A stretch of 64,000 nucleotides of DNA from Pirellulales bacterium (GCA_963733035.1 CAVTBU010000005.1:2720001-2784000), one strand, 5' to 3'. Positions 20,201 to 33,815 are shown, counted from the stretch's first letter. Notes: generated by a model not told the origin, from the letters alone. Translations and numbers: made by a program.

Positions 20201-23200
20201 ACCAGGCGGCTTCCGTTCGATTCGTTCGTGTCCGGATGGAAGACGATCAATTGCCCGTTGGGTGTGCCGGCACCGTCATCACCGGTTCGTCCAGTTACGG
20301 GGTCCAGCGGCGTGATGTCGACGTGCTCGATGCCTTCGTAATCGACCGGTTGGAAAGGCCCGACCTTCACCGAACCGCTGCGACCGTCCGCTCCCTGCCG
20401 ATGAACAACCAAATCGCCGGTGCCATCGTCGCGGACGACCAGCCGATCACTTGCATTAGGCGAACCACCCACAATACGAAACGCCAGGCTTCCCGCGTCC
20501 GTATCGGGAGGACCCGGCGTGACGAGCGAATCCGACACGCTCACGCCGATCGTGTCGTCACCGTCCCCGCCTTCGACGCGCACGATTTCAACCTGCCGCA
20601 CGTCGTTGGTATCGGTGTCGCCGTTAAAATTCACGACCAGCGTGTTGGCGTTGGTCTGCTCAAGCGTAATGATGTCGGCCAGCGACGTGCCTTGCACGAG
20701 GATCGTGTCAATGCCAGCGTCGCCGCTGAAATGATCGTCGCCCGGGCTTTCCACGAGCGTGTCATCGCCGTCGCCGCCGTTGTAGTTGTCGTCCCCGGCT
20801 CCGCCGATCAGCGTGTCGTTGCCGGTGCCGCCGTTGAGCACAAACGGCGTATTGACGCTTACCGCACTGGCGTCGAGACGATCGGCACCGGTTCCACCCA
20901 CTAATGTTACTGAAGTAAAGGTTGTGCTCGATGCATCCGGCACGGCGAGCGCAGTGATGATGTCATCGCCCGCACCGCCGTCGACCGTGATGGTTTCCAG
21001 ACCGGTTGGCAGCGCGGAATTGTCGAGCACGACGTTGTCGCGTCCGGCGCCGGCCTCGATCGTGAGGTTGGTTTTGTTCTCAAACTCGATCGGCTCAAAG
21101 TTGTCGACGGTCACCCGGCCGCCGGTGGGCAGCAGGATACCCGGTTCGTAGTTGATCTCGTTTGCTCCCTGCAGCAAGCTGGCCAGCCCGGGTACGCTGG
21201 TAATGCTAAACATTGCGGACGGGATATTCGTGAGAAACGGCTCGAGGTTCTGGAAGTCGATCGTCTGTGTGCCGCTGTCTCCCACGACGATGCTCCGACC
21301 GGACCCGGCCGTGGCGCCGATGGCCAAGGTTTCGCTGGTCTGCGTATCGCCGCCGGTTTGGACCAACTGCACCTGGTCGAAGCCGGTTCCGCCGTCAAAT
21401 CGGATTCCGTTGCCGACGTCGATCAACCCATTGCTACTATCGACGATCAACGTATCGTTGCCCCCCAGCCCGTTGATGTTGATCTGCGTAATCGTGTCGA
21501 GTTGAAACGGACTGCCAAGCGGTTCGGTGCCGTTGAGAAACACATGCAGCAGCGTGGGATTCGACGCATCGCGAACCAGCCGAATCACGTCGTCTTCTCC
21601 GGCGAAATCCATGTCGCCATTGATCTGCAGCACACCCTGGCTGTTAATGGCCGTGCTGACGGCAGGAACCGTCCAGACACCCCGTCCGAAGGTTGCCGCC
21701 ATGAGCGTGTCGGTTGCGCCGCCGACGTAGCGAACGTCCTGAACCAGTGCATTAGGCAGTAGCGCGCGAAACTCAGACCAGACCGTGCCCAACAATCGAT
21801 AGACTCCGCCGAGAGCCCCGACCAGCGGAATCGAGTCGCCCGCCACGGCCGGCGTGTCGTCGAACAGCGTTATCGAGCGGAGCGACTTCGTGAGCGCACC
21901 GGCAAATCCCGCGAGATTTTCCGTCAAATTCTCAAATGGGTTATTCGCCAAATCGGTGACATCGTTCGAAAGCCACACTTCCGTGCCGCGCAGCACGTAC
22001 ACGCGCCGCCAATCTTCCGGATCGACAGCAATGTCTTGGATTCTGCCTCCCGCGGGTAACTGTCCCGTGCCCGCGCCTGTGACGTCGGTAAACGCGGCGC
22101 CTGCTTCTCCGCGGAAGAATAACTGACCGTTCGACGTGCCCACGTAAGCCACGTTGGCCTGATCCGCTCCCGCACGGCGACCACCATACGCAAAGGCCGA
22201 TGCCGTGCCGCTGAATCCGGGCAGGTTTGCCGTGATGTCGGTGATGACGTCGCCGGCAAGTCCATTGGCGGGGTTCGTATCAGCATCTTCGTAAACGCCG
22301 TTCAATCCAAGGATCATCCGCCTGGGATCGGTGCTATTCAATTCAAAGCGGATACCGGTGAACGTGGTAATGCTCGAATCGGCCGTCTGCAGTCCGCTGA
22401 GATCGGGACTTCCAAATGACGATCTCAGCCCAACTTGCGTCGGACCGCCAATCTTCGCATTGGTGTTGTCAAACCGCGTGCGCAGGAACGTGCTGAAATT
22501 GTTCTCCATCGAATAGCGCAGCACATCCGGGCCGGCCGACACGGTATCGACTTGCTGGTCAAAGCCGTCGCCACTGGCAAAGTGGTTCCAAACAAAGTTG
22601 CCGGGAGCCGATTGTCCGGCCGCGCCGTTGTCTTGAAAGCCCGCGAACGGCACGTTGTTGACAGTGTCAAACGCGGCGGAGTAGGTTTCGAATGCCCCCA
22701 AATCGCCGACGAATGATTGCCAGGTGTTGTTTGCGGCGTCCAGCGGATTCTTGAGGAAGTAAATACCGCCGTCGTCCGACTCGACCAGGACGTTCGTTCC
22801 CAGGAACTCCAAGTTGCGCGAATCGGCGTGAGGGTTGGAATTCCCCTGAGCGCCGGCATTCACGATTTGCACCCAGCTTCCCAGGCCCGTGGGGTCGTAG
22901 CGGTAGATGGCATCGCCTCCTTCACCGCTGACGTATACAACGTCGTTCTGCGTCGGATCAGCGACCATGTTGAATCGCTCATTGAAGTTCGCGCCGGTGT
23001 CAAGGTTCACGGTTGGCGGCATCGCCAGCGGCGCCCAACTCACACCGTTGTCGATCGAGCGAAACACGCCGGTCAGCGTCGAACCGCTAGCCACCCCGGC
23101 GTAGAGCACCGTTGTCGCGCCGTCATCGTGGGCCGTGACCTCCAGAGCATCCGAAGCTCCGATACCAGTGATGCCGCTGTTGCGCTGCGCCCAGGTGGCG

Positions 23201-24024
23201 CCGCCGTCAGCGCTGGCGTAAACGCCTTGCCCCGGAATCGTCAGGTAGAACGAGTTGATATCGTTCGGGTCGCCGATCAGTTGCGTTACCACACCAGCAG
23301 GTAGGCCCGTAGCGCCGCCCTCGATCTGCACGAAACTCGCGCCAGAGTCGACGCTGCGGTAGAGCCCCCCGCTGCTGTCGTCCGTGGCCACGAGAATGAC
23401 CTGCTGCACGCCCGGCCCTGCGTCGAGATCGATCGAGGTGGGTACGACTTCCTTGACGCGGCTAGCCGGCAGCGTTCCACCGCCGACAACCTCCCAACTT
23501 GTGCCCGCGTCGAGCGTGCGATAGACGCCGATCGAATCGCCCCCGGTATGGCCGTTGCTGAATTGTCCGAAGCCGGCATATACGGTGTTGCCACTTGCAT
23601 CCAGCGGACTAAACGCCACGCTGCCGACCGACAACGACGGCAATTGGTCGGTCAGTGGCGTCCAACTGATGACACCCGGATTGTTCGGGTCGGCATTGCT
23701 AGTTCGCCACACACCGCCGTTGACCGTACCAATGAAGATGTTCGAAGTGTCGTTCGGGTTGATCGCAATACTCTGCACGGCGCCGCCAGCCGGATTGTTC
23801 GGCGGCACCGTCAGTTGCGCATCAGTTTGCGGAGCGGGGCCTTGTTCGAGCCAATTCGGCACGCCCAACAAAGTGACCGACAACACATGTCGCTGTTCCA
23901 GGACTTCGTGCAACAAGGCCCGCCGAGTGGCCGGTCGTCCTCGGCGTGACGGCGCAACGGAGCGCCGCGCGCAACGCGGCGCGAAAAGAAAGCTCGCCCT
24001 TTCACCACGACTGCCCCCATGCAA
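17295..24024 (-). CDS. Giant (~2,240 aa) planctomycete surface/extracellular protein, frameshifted at ~18930-18945
   Basis: N-terminal RRALLHEVLEQRHVLS (Planc_extracel-like), BNR/Asp-box propeller repeats (YRTLDAG, YRSVDSG, YASADGG, FRSIDNG), RTX Ca-binding GGxGxD repeats, PPC-like and Ig-like segments, FG-GAP-like GDFNGDG, and seven DUF4214-like repeats. Start codon uncertain. Confidence 0.85.
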
Positions 24025-24235
24025 GCGGCAATTCCGGGGCGGTTCGTTCGAGAATGTGCGTCCTAAGTTGTTGCCCCGGACGCCGCTGACAGACTAATTC
24101 CCCCCTTTTAAGCTGTCAAGGAAGCACGGCTACGCAAAGTGCGCTTGCTTTGACGCCGGCTGGGACATTCGTCGGGGGGTACCCAACGCGCATCGCCGCA
24201 GGTTCGGCGACAACGCGCCTAGAGGCCGTGCGACA

Positions 24236-25368
24236 TTAGAACCGCACTTCACCGCGGGCCACCAGGCCGTCGAAGGTGATCGTCTGTGCGCCGGGATTGT
24301 AGCTCCCGTTTTGCACGCTGCTGATCCAGCCGGACGTGGTGATGCTGTTGAACCACGCAGAAACCAGATAGCCCCCCGACAGCCGCACCCGTTGACCGCG
24401 GCTGAGCCAGGCCAAACCGAGTTCCATGTCCAACAGCGGAACGATCCGGTCCTGGCTCAGGCTGGTGTTGGCTTCGACGCCGGCAAACTGATTCTGCTGC
24501 AAATAGCTCGTATGAAATTGGCCGACGAGGAACGACGCCGACCCCTTGCCATAGGCCCGCAGCCCCGAGCCGGCAAACAGACAGCGCTCGCCTTGAACGC
24601 CGGCCCGCGGACCGACGCCGTCGAAACCGGCCGCGGTGTTCAGGGTCGTCGTGCCGTCCGGTGGGTCGAATGGAAAGGTGGTGGACAGGTTTTGCCGGAG
24701 TTGACCGTACCGCGCACCCAGCGAGTAGCCGACCCAGTAGAGGTCGCACCGCTGGGCAATTACTTCGTAGTCGACGTCGATCATTTGGAAATCGACGCCG
24801 TAACTCGCCGAAGCCGATTGCGCGGTCGAGCCCGCGTTGAACGTGCCTGGGAAAAGCACCAGCGGCAACAGCACGTTGGCCCCATCGGTCGTCACGGAAC
24901 TGTTCGTGGTGCTATTGAACCAGGTGTAGGCGCCGGACACCCGGGCATCTGGGCCAAGCGTGAAAAAGCCGCCCGCCCGGAAACCGGGCGAATATCCCGG
25001 GTTAGCCACGGCCACCGGACCGACCGGCGAAGCGCCGGCCACCAGAATCCCATCCTGAGGCACCGCGTAAGAGACGTCGGTATTGCGCACCGTCAGATAC
25101 AGGAACTCGCCAAACAATCCGATGTGATACGGCTCCCACTGCGCCACCATCGGTGGCGCGGTAACGATATACGGATCATACAGGGGAGGGCAGGGGGGCG
25201 ACGGCTCGTTGGGGTTGACCATGATCGTGCTGTCGTAGGTCACCTCCGAGGGCGTCATCGATTGCGGCGGCATCACCGTGATTGGCGCTTGTGCCTTGCG
25301 CGCGCAATCCAAACCGTTCCGCACACTACAGCGATACTCGCCACCAAACCGACGCGCAGGCGTGGCAT
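24236..25368 (-). CDS. Outer-membrane beta-barrel (Lpg1974/MOMP-like family), frameshifted near 25300
   Basis: GEFLYL, SPGFR, FDGVGPRAG, LSGGY and C-terminal FDGLVARGEVRF. Signal peptide MPRLRVGLVASIAVVCGTVWIA starts at ATG 25368 (GAGG RBS) in a different frame. Confidence 0.78.
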
Positions 25369-25553
25369 GATCGGAACCTCGATGTCAGACAAGACGAGAC
25401 GTGATCGGCAGAAATGAGGCGGAACTTTAGTGAATTCCGCCCGACCGCTCAAGGTCCATTTTAGGGGCGCGTGCTAGCAGCACCGGCAATCGGCCAGGCA
25501 GGGCGACAGGCTCGTTCAACACGCTTTTTTACGGCGTAAAACGCAGCTAGCAC

Positions 25554-26255
25554 TCAACGGGCTTCGACTCTTTCGAAGCGAACGAAATATGACTCGTCGA
25601 GCAGATCTGGCTTTTCTTCGACCTGCCGGAAGCCCGCGTCGCTGATCTCTTTGACGAAAACTTCCTGCCCGGCCCGCAGGTGGCTGAGCATCCAGGCCGA
25701 ACTGACGCCTTCGATTCGCTGGTAGTCGACGAGCACGAGCGATCCGCCCGGTTTAATCGCCTTGTGAATGGAGGCCAGCGTGCGTTCCGGAAATTCAAAA
25801 TGATGATAGGTGTCGCAAATGAACACCAAATCGACCGACGCAGCGGGAAGATTAACCTCCGTGGGCGTACAGAGGACTGCTGTGACATTCGTCAGCTTGT
25901 CATCAACGACCAACTGCTGAATGTGCTCGACGAACTCATCAGAGATATCCACCGCATACACATGACCGCTCGCTCCGACCGCCTTCGAAAACAAACGGGT
26001 GAACAACCCCGTCCCGGCGCCGACGTCGGCCACGCTCATGCCCGGCCTGATGTGGCAGGCCTCGAGAATCTCCTCTCGATGATCAAACGCATCGCGCCCT
26101 TCGCGCTCAAATCGACCGACGAACTGTTCGACGTTCGGCGACTCAAAGGCCTTGTTGATACCCGGATTGACGCTTTCTTTTTGAGCCCGCGCATCCTGCG
26201 GACCACACAACAGAACCGTACCCATCAGCAGCAAGACAACGCCGATCAGTCGCAT
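25554..26255 (-). CDS. Class I SAM-dependent methyltransferase with signal peptide
   Basis: MRLIGVVLLLMGTVLLCGPQDARA signal; VADVGAGTG, VYAVDI, DLVFICDTYHHF, KPGG. Confidence 0.9.
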   Translation of the reverse strand: MRLIGVVLLLMGTVLLCGPQDARAQKESVNPGINKAFESPNVEQFVGRFEREGRDAFDHREEILEACHIRPGMSVADVGAGTGLFTRLFSKAVGASGHVYAVDISDEFVEHIQQLVVDDKLTNVTAVLCTPTEVNLPAASVDLVFICDTYHHFEFPERTLASIHKAIKPGGSLVLVDYQRIEGVSSAWMLSHLRAGQEVFVKEISDAGFRQVEEKPDLLDESYFVRFERVEAR

Positions 26256-26299
26256 GGTGATGCTCCCCCAGATGGAATGCTTTCGCGGGCACGACAATC

Positions 26300-28954
<2,655 letters not shown>

Positions 28955-28968
28955 TTAAGTTGAATGCA

Positions 28969-29274
28969 TTACGTCAGCGGTCCGACACGGAATTTCAGGT
29001 CATGTATCTTTTCGTCCGGCAACAGCCCGGTTAGCTTTCGCACCAAGTTCTTCTTCTCAAAGCCTAGCTCCTGGGCCAGGGTCGAATTGCCTACCAAAAC
29101 CTCAAGAACGCCACGTTTAACGGCCAGGGCACGCGTTGACTTTGCAAACCGTTCACCAACCGCCTGACGCCACGCCTCGGCAAACGCCCCCGCCGATTGC
29201 ACGCGGGCATAACCGCGACGGGCAATCAGCTGTGAAAGCACATCGCCAATGTGTCGCGGCTCTCTTCTGGACAT
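28969..29274 (-). CDS. DUF721 / DciA family protein
   Basis: IGDVLSQL...AWRQAVG...GVLEVLVGNSTLAQEL...L...FRVG; located between dnaN and gyrB. Confidence 0.85.
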   Translation of the reverse strand: MSRREPRHIGDVLSQLIARRGYARVQSAGAFAEAWRQAVGERFAKSTRALAVKRGVLEVLVGNSTLAQELGFEKKNLVRKLTGLLPDEKIHDLKFRVGPLT

Positions 29275-29296
29275 TGTTTTCCGTGTTCTCGTTCTG

Positions 29297-30411
29297 CTAG
29301 TGATCGCGTGCCAGGGGCATGATCACATACCCGTATCCGTCGTCCGTGGTACACACGGCGGCGCTTTCGGAGTCCTTGAGTTCCATCGTCACCACCTTTT
29401 CCGTGTCGAGCACCTTCAGAAAATCGCTCAGGTAACGAGGATCGAGCATGATCGAGATCGTCGGACCGTCGTAGGCGATGGGCACCTCGACCCGCGATTG
29501 ACCAACTTCGGCCACGCGTCCGCTGAGCACCAGGTTGCCGGCTTCGAAGTTGAAATCGACGCCGCGGCTCTCCTCGCTCGTGACGATCGCTGCCTGACGA
29601 ACCGCCGAGTAAAGCGGTCCGACAGTCAAATCGATGCGAGCAGTACCCGTGCGCTGCGGAAAGACGTCGCGCCACTTGGGAAAGCGGCCCTCGACCAACC
29701 GACTGTAGATCGTCGCCCGCGGTCCGCGAACCAGTATTTCGTTGGCCCGCGCGGCGATTTGAATCTCGGCGTCACCGTCGGTTAGAGCGCGCTCGATGAG
29801 TTGCATCGCCTTGGTTGGCACGATCGTCATGCTATCGCCCGACTGATGCCCCCCTTCGCTACGCGCGGGCACTTCCATCTTTGCCAGCCGGCGTCCGTCG
29901 GTGCCGACGGCGGTAATCTTATCGGGACCCATTTCCAGCAAAACGCCGCCCAGTGCGTAACGGCTACTCTCATTATCGGTGGCGAAGATCGTACGGCGAA
30001 TGACCTCGCGAAACGCTCGAGCCGGCAGTTCGTGATAGGCCTTCTCCGTGAAATCAGCCACCGACGGAAACTCCTGCGGGTTCTCGGCGGGCAGCTTGAA
30101 CTCGCTGCGTTCGCCGCGAACGAGCGTGGCTTGGCCGTCGGCCTCGAGCCGCAATGTGTCATCGGTGCTTTCCCGCAAGATCGAACCGAATCGCGATAGG
30201 GGCAGGACCGCACTCCCCGGCACCTCGACCTGAATGCCGGGCACTTGAATACGGATGCCAATCTCCAAGTCGGTGGCCAGCAAGATTGCGCCGAATCGGT
30301 CACTTCCAGCTTGATATTTTGCAGGATTGGCTTGGGGCTGCGGCTGGGGACAACTGCCGCGGCGGTTTGAAAGGCTGTCAGCAACGTCTCGCGTTCACAG
30401 GTGACTTTCAT
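29297..30411 (-). CDS. dnaN: DNA polymerase III beta sliding clamp, frameshifted at ~30286-30291
   Basis: MKVTCERETL...PILQNIKL in one frame; LLATDLE...EFP...RYALGGV...GTDGRRLA...RLVEGRFP...YVIMP in the next. Confidence 0.96.
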
Positions 30412-30509
30412 GCGGGATGCCTTTACTTCCTAAGTTTCTAGCGTGCGATTTGCGTTTTGTATTTGCTGAGGTGTGTTGCGAGCGGACGGCCCGTGCATCG
30501 CGGCCACCT

Positions 30510-30795
30510 TGGTCTTCTCTATCTATTTAAAGATTCTTAGTAGTAGTAGAAATGTGCCGCATCACGAGTGTCGACAACCCTTCCGAACGCCGCGATAAGT
30601 TGGCCTGCTCGCAGACGTTGCGAACCTCGTCGGAGCGTGTCTGCGATGTGGAAAACTTGTTTGCTGTGTGTCAGGCCGTTGTTCCGCGGTGGTCGATAAT
30701 TCGTGTGCCTGTCGCCGGCTAAGGCCCGTGGCTGTTGGGCGTGTTGGTAGGTGCCGCACAGGCGGACAATGCATCGACAGGTTGTTCACAACGTT
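30510..30795. other. Candidate replication origin (oriC) between dnaA and dnaN
   Basis: AT-rich patch with (TAG)4 at 30538-30549 followed by DnaA-box-like 9-mers: TGTCGACAA 30569, TGTGGAAAA 30647, GGTCGATAA 30691, TTGTTCACA 30782. Confidence 0.72.
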
Positions 30796-30797
30796 CC

Positions 30798-31892
30798 TCA
30801 TGCCGAGTCCAGCATCTTTCGGATGTTGGTGACGGCTTGTCGCAATGACCAATCGTGATGTAGCAACTTCTCGGTACGACGACATCCGTGCAGCACGGTC
30901 GTGTGGTCGCGGCCGCCGAAAAACTGGCCAATCTCGGTCAAGCTGCAGGACGTGAGTTGCCGGGCCAGGTACATCGCCACACAACGGGCCGCGACCAGGG
31001 CGCGACGCCGTTCAGGGCTCTTCAGATCAGCCAGTTTCAATCCGAAATGTTTGGCCGTCAGGCGAGCGATATCGCGAAGTTTGGCCGCGGCGCCTTCGTC
31101 GCGGTGCGACACAAGCTTGCGAACGCGAAGGGGGTCGACCGGTTCGCCTGTCATCCGTGCCGCGAGTTCCAACTCCCAAATGGCCGAAACCAGCATCGGC
31201 ACGCTGCCCGTAAGTCCGTCGGCCAGCCCGTTGAGTGCCCGCCGCGGAACAGGCAAATTGCGACGCTCGGCCAATTGTTCCAAGATCGCTCGTCGCGTCG
31301 CTCGAGAGGGAAACACGAGCGGAACCGCCAGCCCGGCCGAGAGCCGACTGCGCAGGGGCGGAACGAGCACGCTCCAGTAACTCGGCAGCGTGCGTGCCGT
31401 AGTCACGACGGACGCTTCACGGTCGCCCAACGCGTCGAGCGTGTGCAGGAATTCATGTTGAGCCGACTGCTTGCCCGCCAACTCGCCCAGATCTTCGAGC
31501 ACGAATAGATCGGCTTGCCGGATCTCATCACGCCATGCTTCCAATCGACCGTCGTTGAGCGCCTCGACGTATTGCCGCGCGAAGTCCGAACCGGAAAGGC
31601 AATTGACTTGCGCATGGCTGAAATTTTTCCGCCACCAATCGACTAATCCCCGAGCGAGATGTGTTTTTCCGCTACCATGGGGGCCGTAGAGCACCAGGAG
31701 ACCGTGACTCCCGAGAGTTCCCTCAAGCAGCGGGCTCAGAGCAGTGGCGGCCAGGGCGTTTTCGACGCCGGCCACGAACTCGGTGAGGACCGCGCCGTCG
31801 GCACATTCCGACGAAACCACGCCCGCCTTCGCGCTACGCGAAGGGTTCGCAATCGTTCCCGACAAGGGGATCGTCAAGACGCCATTTACCAC
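30798..31892 (-). CDS. dnaA: DnaA-family replication initiator, short form lacking a canonical domain I
   Basis: FVAGVENALA, LYGPHGSGKTHL (Walker A), LFVLEDL, LRSRLSAGL, EIGQFFGGRDHTTVLHG (domain IV). GTG start at 31892 is inferred. Confidence 0.9.
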   Translation of the reverse strand: MVNGVLTIPLSGTIANPSRSAKAGVVSSECADGAVLTEFVAGVENALAATALSPLLEGTLGSHGLLVLYGPHGSGKTHLARGLVDWWRKNFSHAQVNCLSGSDFARQYVEALNDGRLEAWRDEIRQADLFVLEDLGELAGKQSAQHEFLHTLDALGDREASVVTTARTLPSYWSVLVPPLRSRLSAGLAVPLVFPSRATRRAILEQLAERRNLPVPRRALNGLADGLTGSVPMLVSAIWELELAARMTGEPVDPLRVRKLVSHRDEGAAAKLRDIARLTAKHFGLKLADLKSPERRRALVAARCVAMYLARQLTSCSLTEIGQFFGGRDHTTVLHGCRRTEKLLHHDWSLRQAVTNIRKMLDSA

Positions 31893-32140
31893 TGCGGGTC
31901 CGTCCAACGAGAAGGTGCCAGAAGGGCCGGAAAAATCGCCAGTTTGTGAACCCAAATTGTAGCGAATTTTGGGTCGCCCGGCGAGGTGGTAATGGCCAGT
32001 AATTACACCGCTTGAAGCGGCGAAAAAGGGTCCCAAAACGGAGCTTCCGAGCGGGCCGCCAGCGGCTCCCGACGAGCCGCGACAGTAGGACGCTTTTATC
32101 AACCCGAACCGCTTGTCAAGCGGCGACAAACGGGCCGCGC

Positions 32141-32178
32141 AAAAAAAGGCCGAGCCTGATGGGGAGTCAGGCCCGGCC
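32141..32178 (-). terminator. Rho-independent terminator upstream of dnaA
   Basis: GGCCGGGCCUGA-CUCCCCA-UCAGGCUCGGCC-UUUUUUU on the minus strand. Confidence 0.8.
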
Positions 32179-32400
32179 GGGGTGGGAGTTCGCTTTGGAG
32201 GGATTCGTAGTCAGCCGAGGTGTCGTTGGCGGGAGACGCGCCCCCAGGGGGGACCAGGGCGCGTCCTGTTCATGCAGCGTGGGGTTCGATGCACGGCTCT
32301 CCAATCGGAGGGCGAAGTGCGTTGCTCTTGCGTTCGTTGGAGAAGCTCGCTCGGGGGCCGCTTCCGACCACCGCCGGCGTGCTGCCCGCACAACAGTCAT
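32141..32400 (-). ncRNA. Candidate structured sRNA or leader with C-rich loops
   Basis: Four consecutive stem-loops ending in a U7 terminator. G-U pairs favour the minus strand. No credible ORF. 5' end unknown. Confidence 0.5.
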
Positions 32401-32690
32401 CGACGCTACGACCGCTGTGCTGCAAAAGGAAATCGGTGTGTGACACAACCGGCAGAGGCGGTCAACTTTTCCCAGGTTCCACGACACGATCCACCCCCAC
32501 CGGTCATGCGCTTCGGGTAAGATCTGCGGCCGGTGGCGGGCTCGCTAGCAGACCTCCGGGGTACTGAACCTGCGTCAATTGCGGGCGTGTAGCTGCCGAC
32601 GTCTTGCCGAAGGTCGTCCACCGACGTGACAATCGGGGCTGACTTTGGCGGCCAGGACCGTTCGATCGCCTCTTACCATGCGGGCTCGCA

Positions 32691-33815
32691 ATGAATTCTG
32701 CCTTTGATTCCACGTTGGACCTGAATATCCACCCGCGGCTGCCTCGCGATCGAACGGTCGGGATTGGTTGCATCGGTGCGGGTTTCATCATGGCCGATTG
32801 CCATCTGGTGGCCTATCGCCAGGCGGGACTGAACCCGGTGGCAATCAGTTCGCGACGTCCCGAACAGGCGCGCGAGGTTGCAGCCCGGCACGACATCGCC
32901 CGGACATATGACTCCTACCCTGAATTGCTGGCCGATCCGGCGGTGGAGGTGGTCGACGTGGCCGTGCCACCGGACGTTCTGCTGGAGGTCATCGGCGAGG
33001 TGGTGACGCACGGCGACCATGTTCGCGGCGTGCTGGCGCAAAAGCCGCTGGGCACCAGCTATGCCCAGGCATGCCAGATCGTCGAGCTCTGCCGTTCGGC
33101 CGAAATCGCGTTGGCCGTGAATCAAAACATGCGCTATGACCAGTCGGTGCGCGCCTGCAAAACGCTGCTTGACCGTGGCGAGCTGGGCGAACCGGTACTA
33201 GCGACGGTCGACATGCGGGCAATTCCGCACTGGATGCCTTGGCAGCAGCGGCAAGGTTGGGTGACGCTGAGGATCATGAGCATTCATCACCTCGACACGT
33301 TTCGCTACTGGTTTGGCGACCCCAAGCGCGTGTATGCCAGCGTGCGGCCCGACCCGCGCACCGCGCGGCAGTTTGCTCACGAGGATGGTATCTGTTTGTA
33401 CATCCTCGAATACGAGAGCGGCTTGCGGGCAGCGTCGTGCGATGATGTGTGGACCGGCCCGGCGCGGGAAGGAGCGGCGGCCGACCTGGGCATTCGCTGG
33501 CGTGTGGAAGGGACTGCGGGGTTGGCCATTGGCACGATCGGCTGGCCCAAATATCCCGAGCGCGCCCCAAGCACGCTAGACTTCACCACCACGGCCCGCG
33601 GCCCGGATTGGATCCGCCCACGCTGGGACGCGGTGTGGTTTCCCGACGCGTTCGCCGGACCGATGGCCGAGCTACTATGCGGCCTCGAAGAAGGCCGGCA
33701 AAGTGCATTCAACGGCAGCGACAACCTGCACACCATGGCCCTGGTCGAAGCTTGCTACCAATCGGCGCGCGAGCATCGGGCGGTGGAACTGGCCGAGGTG
33801 CTGAACTCCAGATAG
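32691..33815 (+). CDS. Gfo/Idh/MocA family oxidoreductase
   Basis: [44 protein letters not shown]. Confidence 0.92.
   Translation: MNSAFDSTLDLNIHPRLPRDRTVGIGCIGAGFIMADCHLVAYRQAGLNPVAISSRRPEQAREVAARHDIARTYDSYPELLADPAVEVVDVAVPPDVLLEVIGEVVTHGDHVRGVLAQKPLGTSYAQACQIVELCRSAEIALAVNQNMRYDQSVRACKTLLDRGELGEPVLATVDMRAIPHWMPWQQRQGWVTLRIMSIHHLDTFRYWFGDPKRVYASVRPDPRTARQFAHEDGICLYILEYESGLRAASCDDVWTGPAREGAAADLGIRWRVEGTAGLAIGTIGWPKYPERAPSTLDFTTTARGPDWIRPRWDAVWFPDAFAGPMAELLCGLEEGRQSAFNGSDNLHTMALVEACYQSAREHRAVELAEVLNSR

Noticed and set aside
18892..20904. Long antisense ORFs (also 2666-3736, 27167-28816, 36520-37686, 51047-52693, 54063-55922)
   Set aside because: Shadow ORFs opposite well-supported genes, typical of high-GC codon bias, with no recognisable motifs.
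29297..30411. dnaN (and sdhA) as true pseudogenes or programmed frameshift sites
   Set aside because: Core genes, otherwise intact, with no slippery heptamer. The shared GCGC context across unrelated genes points to sequencing error.
30538..30549. (TAG)4 as a microsatellite or phase-variation tract
   Set aside because: Its position between dnaA and dnaN next to DnaA-box-like sites fits DnaA-trios better.
32141..32460. tmRNA, RNase P RNA, SRP RNA or tRNA
   Set aside because: No tRNA-like ends or T-loop, no GAGGAAAGUCC, and no SRP helix-8 motif seen on either strand.
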